A stretch of 61,293 bases of DNA, the filler included, from an uncultured Methanosarcinales archaeon (GTDB lineage Archaea; Nanobdellota; Nanobdellia; Woesearchaeales; GW2011-AR9), in NCBI GenBank assembly GCA_964343575.1. It is 6 parts of 4 records of this genome, joined end to end, with 100 filler letters (N's around TTAATTAATTAA, not from the genome) between each part and the next. Parts side by side here need not be neighbours in the genome. Positions count along the whole stretch, not along the records: positions 56,722 to 61,293 come from CAYFJV010000006.1; 5 more parts are not named here. One strand, 5' to 3'. Shown here piece after piece: positions 57,501 through 61,293 of this stretch (the first letter of the stretch is position 1; every line of letters begins with the position of its first letter). The notes under the pieces were generated by a model, which worked only from the letters and a program-made list of their open reading frames with translations, did not search any database and was not told the origin of the DNA. Position numbers and translations under genes: made by a program.

Positions 57501-59483
57501 ATGAATAAAAAATACATTTTTCCAATAATTTTTATAATTGCCTTACTAGCAGCTCTGGTATTGGCAGTAACTGGTGATGGTAGCCCTTCAGCAGTAACTC
57601 CTACAACAGGCCAGAACCTTAGTGGGACAGTAATTCTAAATGCAACGAACTCCACAACCGGTGAAGCTGGAGTATACAGGACCACAAATATATCCTTTTT
57701 GTGGAATAGTAGTGCCACAACAGTCGCACTAACTTCAAGGGTCCACAATACTTCCTTAAACTGGTCACTTGGAAATGCCTCAAACACATCGTTTGATACA
57801 ACTCTTCTTGATGATGGACAATACAACTTAACCATCTACTTCGGAAACTATTCCGGTAACATTAGTGGACATACATCAGTATACAACTTAACAATTGATA
57901 ACACTCCACCAAACGTGACTAATGTTTCCCCATCAACAGGCGATGCATACACAAACATAACTGGTTTGAACATCACTTTCAATGCAACGATCCTAGATGC
58001 ATTAAGCGGTGTTAACTACACCATATTTGAATTCGATAACGCAACAGGGAATGTATTCAACGTAACTGGAACAAACTTTTCCTCTGGGTTCTGGAATATT
58101 AGTTACAATGTTTCCACACTCTTTGGTGGAACCCACAGTGTACGGATTATTGCAGTAGACTATGCTGGAAGTGTAAACAGAACAGAAACAGTAACTTCCT
58201 TCACAGTAAACAATGCTCCAAATGTAACTCTGATTAATACAACTCCAACAAATCAGAACTACACTGTTGCGTCCAGTAACCAAACCTTCAACGTTTCGGT
58301 TTCAAACAGAACCACATTCAGTAACATCACTCATGTAATCTTCATGTTTGATAACGCAAGTGGAAATGATTTCAACATAACAACAACCGAAAGTGCAACA
58401 CTAATCAGTCCAAACTGGTATTGGAGTGCAAGTTACAACGTATCCACATTAACAGAAGGATCTCACTCAGTAACTGTTTTCGCGAACGACACCTTTGGAA
58501 ACTACAACATTACCGAAGCGTTCACCTTCACCCATGATAACACTGGGCCGACGATTACAGTAACCTGTACTGAAAGTCCAACTGTAGGTGTCACTGTAAC
58601 CTGTACCTGTACAGCATCAGACGGAGGTTCGGGAGTTAAGACAGGCCCATACTTCCAAGATGGCCGTGACTCGAACTCACAGGAGAAGCTTGCTGATAGC
58701 ACAGGAGCAAAAACCTCGGACACATGTACTGCAACAGACCACGCAGGAAATGTTGGTAGTGGCACTGGATCATACACTGTTGTAGCAGCTGCATCCTCTG
58801 GTGGCGGCGGCTCAGGCGGATCCGGTGGTGGAACCTCAGCAGGAGTATCTGGTTCATATGAAAAGAAAGTATGGACTTCAATCAACGCTGGTGAAGCAGC
58901 TTCCGTTCCAGTCAAAAACGGAGCAATCGGTGTAACCGAAGTAAGCTTTGACGTAAGTAAGAAAGCCTACGGAGCATGGGTTCAGGTTAAGAAGCGGGAC
59001 TCTTTCCCTTCAACAGTAAAATCATTCGGAAAGAAAACCTATCGAAACCTAGAAATCACCAAAAGTTCAACATTAAAAGATGACATCATTTCCAACCCGA
59101 AAGTTGACTTCAAGGTTGAGAAAAAATGGTTATCTGACAATGGAATCGACAAGAGCAATGTAGGTCTTTTCCGATATGTTGATGGTGAATGGACAGCACT
59201 TCCAACCACAGTAGGTCAGGATGACGGCACTTATGTTAAATACAGTGCAACAACCCCTGGTTTCAGCTACTTCGTAATCGGTGAAAGCACAACAGCAGCA
59301 GCACCGACTCCAGAAGCTGATGCAGAAGATGCAACAGAACCTGCAGCAGAAGCAGCTCCTGGCGAAGAACCAACTGAAGAACCTGCAGCATCTGAGGACG
59401 CAAAGAAACCAGCGTGGCCGTGGGTAGTAGTAGCAATCATCATCATCGTAGCGGTGCTGATTTACTACATGAAGAAACGGTAA
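57501..59483 (+). CDS. PGF-pre-PGF domain surface glycoprotein
   Basis: Signal peptide, dense N-x-S/T Ig-like repeats, Gly linker, ATTPGFSYFVIG, C-terminal TM plus KKR. Confidence 0.85.
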   Translation: MNKKYIFPIIFIIALLAALVLAVTGDGSPSAVTPTTGQNLSGTVILNATNSTTGEAGVYRTTNISFLWNSSATTVALTSRVHNTSLNWSLGNASNTSFDTTLLDDGQYNLTIYFGNYSGNISGHTSVYNLTIDNTPPNVTNVSPSTGDAYTNITGLNITFNATILDALSGVNYTIFEFDNATGNVFNVTGTNFSSGFWNISYNVSTLFGGTHSVRIIAVDYAGSVNRTETVTSFTVNNAPNVTLINTTPTNQNYTVASSNQTFNVSVSNRTTFSNITHVIFMFDNASGNDFNITTTESATLISPNWYWSASYNVSTLTEGSHSVTVFANDTFGNYNITEAFTFTHDNTGPTITVTCTESPTVGVTVTCTCTASDGGSGVKTGPYFQDGRDSNSQEKLADSTGAKTSDTCTATDHAGNVGSGTGSYTVVAAASSGGGGSGGSGGGTSAGVSGSYEKKVWTSINAGEAASVPVKNGAIGVTEVSFDVSKKAYGAWVQVKKRDSFPSTVKSFGKKTYRNLEITKSSTLKDDIISNPKVDFKVEKKWLSDNGIDKSNVGLFRYVDGEWTALPTTVGQDDGTYVKYSATTPGFSYFVIGESTTAAAPTPEADAEDATEPAAEAAPGEEPTEEPAASEDAKKPAWPWVVVAIIIIVAVLIYYMKKR

Positions 59484-59494
59484 ATTTATTTTTT

Positions 59495-60727
59495 TTATTT
59501 TTTTTCTAATTCTAAAATTCCAGAAACATCACTTTCAATTCTCTTTTGAAAATCAGTAACAGTCTCGCCTTCTTTCTTGGTTGTATTCAAAACTTGCAAC
59601 AAAGACTTCGCTAACCTCATCTCGGTCTCCGCATTAAACGTCTTCAACTGTTGTAAATGCTCCTTAATCACTGCTTCCTCAACCAATTCTGGTCTCATTT
59701 CTGGCAAAGAGATCTCTTCAAACTCTTCTGAAACTAGCTTAGCAGTATTCTTCATCACAAAATACGCCCCTTGTGAATACAACCGTTCCATAATCTGTTT
59801 AAAATTAACCTCACTAACCTTTCCACTCTGCAACATTCCTTTCAACCGTAGTGTCACAACAGTATTTGTCAAATCTTCATCCCGCATAGAGCTTAAAACA
59901 TCAAACACAACAATCTCTGGAGACTTCCCTGTACAGTTCATCTCAACCTTCCGATGCTTCACAACTTCCAAAGGAACCCACTCTTCCTGCTGCATGCCAT
60001 TCACAACAGAAACAACGTAAAAACCGCCCTTTCCAAACTTTTCAAACTCGGCAAAATTATTTGGAAACAACGCTCCTGGATACGTCGCAACGCCATAACC
60101 CTCTTCTCGAATAAGTTTAGGATTATGGATATGTCCTCCAGCATAATACGCAAAATTCTTCGGAAAAAACGACAAAGGCTGTGAATCAATAAACGCTAAA
60201 TCCTTTGGTAACAACTCCGCCACCGTAGTGTGAAACATAAAAATCTTATATCCTTGCTCTTCTTCTAAACTTTTTCTATCAAGGTTCTCATAAAACTTCT
60301 GATCAAGTTGCCCTTTCCTTCCCAGCATGCCGGTAATCTTTACTCCTGTCCGCTCATCCACTGTAAATCGCAACTGCAACTCCTTCGTCTCCTGGTTAAC
60401 AGAACCCTTACACACATTTACAATCAATCCTGCTTCCTCCAACACCTCCACCATTGTCTTTCCACTAGGTGAGAAATCATGGGAACCTGCAATAACATAC
60501 ACTGGAATATTCTTCCCTTGCAACTCTCGCAACTTCCTTGTCACAATCTTCATTGTATCCATAGAAGGAATAGATGTATTAAACAAATCCCCTGCAAACA
60601 GAATAAAATCAACCTCTCTTCTAACACAATCATCAATCGCCTGCAAAAACGCTTTCGTAGACAAATCCCGCATCTTTTGATCTCTCCACGAACCTAAATG
60701 CAAATCCGCCAGATGCGCATATTTCAT
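59495..60727 (-). CDS. mre11: DNA double-strand break repair nuclease Mre11
   Basis: HLADLHLG, AGDLF, GSHD, FH and GGHIH phosphoesterase motifs. Confidence 0.9.
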   Translation of the reverse strand: MKYAHLADLHLGSWRDQKMRDLSTKAFLQAIDDCVRREVDFILFAGDLFNTSIPSMDTMKIVTRKLRELQGKNIPVYVIAGSHDFSPSGKTMVEVLEEAGLIVNVCKGSVNQETKELQLRFTVDERTGVKITGMLGRKGQLDQKFYENLDRKSLEEEQGYKIFMFHTTVAELLPKDLAFIDSQPLSFFPKNFAYYAGGHIHNPKLIREEGYGVATYPGALFPNNFAEFEKFGKGGFYVVSVVNGMQQEEWVPLEVVKHRKVEMNCTGKSPEIVVFDVLSSMRDEDLTNTVVTLRLKGMLQSGKVSEVNFKQIMERLYSQGAYFVMKNTAKLVSEEFEEISLPEMRPELVEEAVIKEHLQQLKTFNAETEMRLAKSLLQVLNTTKKEGETVTDFQKRIESDVSGILELEKK

Positions 60728-60755
60728 AGGATTTCAAGAAAAACTCATTTTATAA

Positions 60756-61293
60756 TTATTGTTGTAATAAATCATATCGTTCTCTAGCTACTCTACCGAC
60801 AACTCCCCAATCTGCACAAGGAATAACCCTTCCCGTTGTACTCTTGTAATCTGCTTCTGTCAACCCAAATAAAAGGAACAACCGCTCATACCCTAACTGT
60901 TCCGTCTGCCTTGCTAATATTGCAGAATTATCAATCGTTCCCCTGGTAGAAGGCGCAAGCTCATGCAGTAATTCTGCCTTCCAATTAAAATGATATTGAA
61001 AATCAACAGACTCATCTCTCATAAATATCCGTCTATCTGGGAGTCCTTGTGCATGCAACCAATTCTCTGTTGTTGCCCGCATCTTTTCCGACCTTGCAGT
61101 AAGATAACAGCTTATTGATCCCAAATCATACAACTCTCTCATAATATCAACTGCTTCCGGGAAAACATCTAAATTAGCATGTGCTTCAGAAGAATGTGCT
61201 AAACTTCTTCGCAATTCTTTTGCTTCTGGCAAATCGCCAAAATAAAATGGACTTCCATTCAAGGCATAATGCCTCTCCGCCTCAGCAACCGTA
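60756..61293 (-). CDS. HAD-superfamily 5'-nucleotidase-like protein (5'-partial)
   Basis: FPEAVD, YLTAR, TENWL...GLP and K...ID motifs. Confidence 0.6.
   Translation of the reverse strand, partial: TVAEAERHYALNGSPFYFGDLPEAKELRRSLAHSSEAHANLDVFPEAVDIMRELYDLGSISCYLTARSEKMRATTENWLHAQGLPDRRIFMRDESVDFQYHFNWKAELLHELAPSTRGTIDNSAILARQTEQLGYERLFLLFGLTEADYKSTTGRVIPCADWGVVGRVARERYDLLQQ

Overview
The window is six assembly contigs joined by artificial N-TTAATTAATTAA-N linkers (2285-2384, 5685-5784, 31490-31589, 50143-50242, 56622-56721). The source is archaeal and most likely DPANN (Woesearchaeota-like). Evidence: a Nanoarchaeota-type 16S 5' end, an intron-containing initiator tRNA-Met, eL41, the uS10 C-terminus, Cdc6/Orc1, Mre11, A/V-ATPase subunits and BRE-TATA promoters. 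Exact 55-bp contig-end overlaps suggest a k=55 de Bruijn assembly, possibly single-cell. Four regions stand out. (1) 5786-19203: six acidic, Cys-rich surface proteins combining beta-helix, Ig-like, cohesin-like and dockerin-like modules; three end in the same YLY(F/L)NQPxS terminus, suggesting a cellulosome-like surface assembly. (2) 20326-24831: an orphan three-gene operon that includes a beta-barrel-like protein. (3) 31629-46832: a putative ~15 kb integrated element with two paralogous tyrosine recombinases, Cdc6, HEPN-MNT and a cargo array, bounded by a 16-bp direct repeat and marked by recurring TGTCAAGT/ACTTGACA inverted motifs. (4) 50381-56517: an island next to rps10 with an intact class II LysRS operon converging on a degenerate class I LysRS-like gene and an aldehyde dehydrogenase. 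All assignments come from motif recognition by eye; no searches were run.
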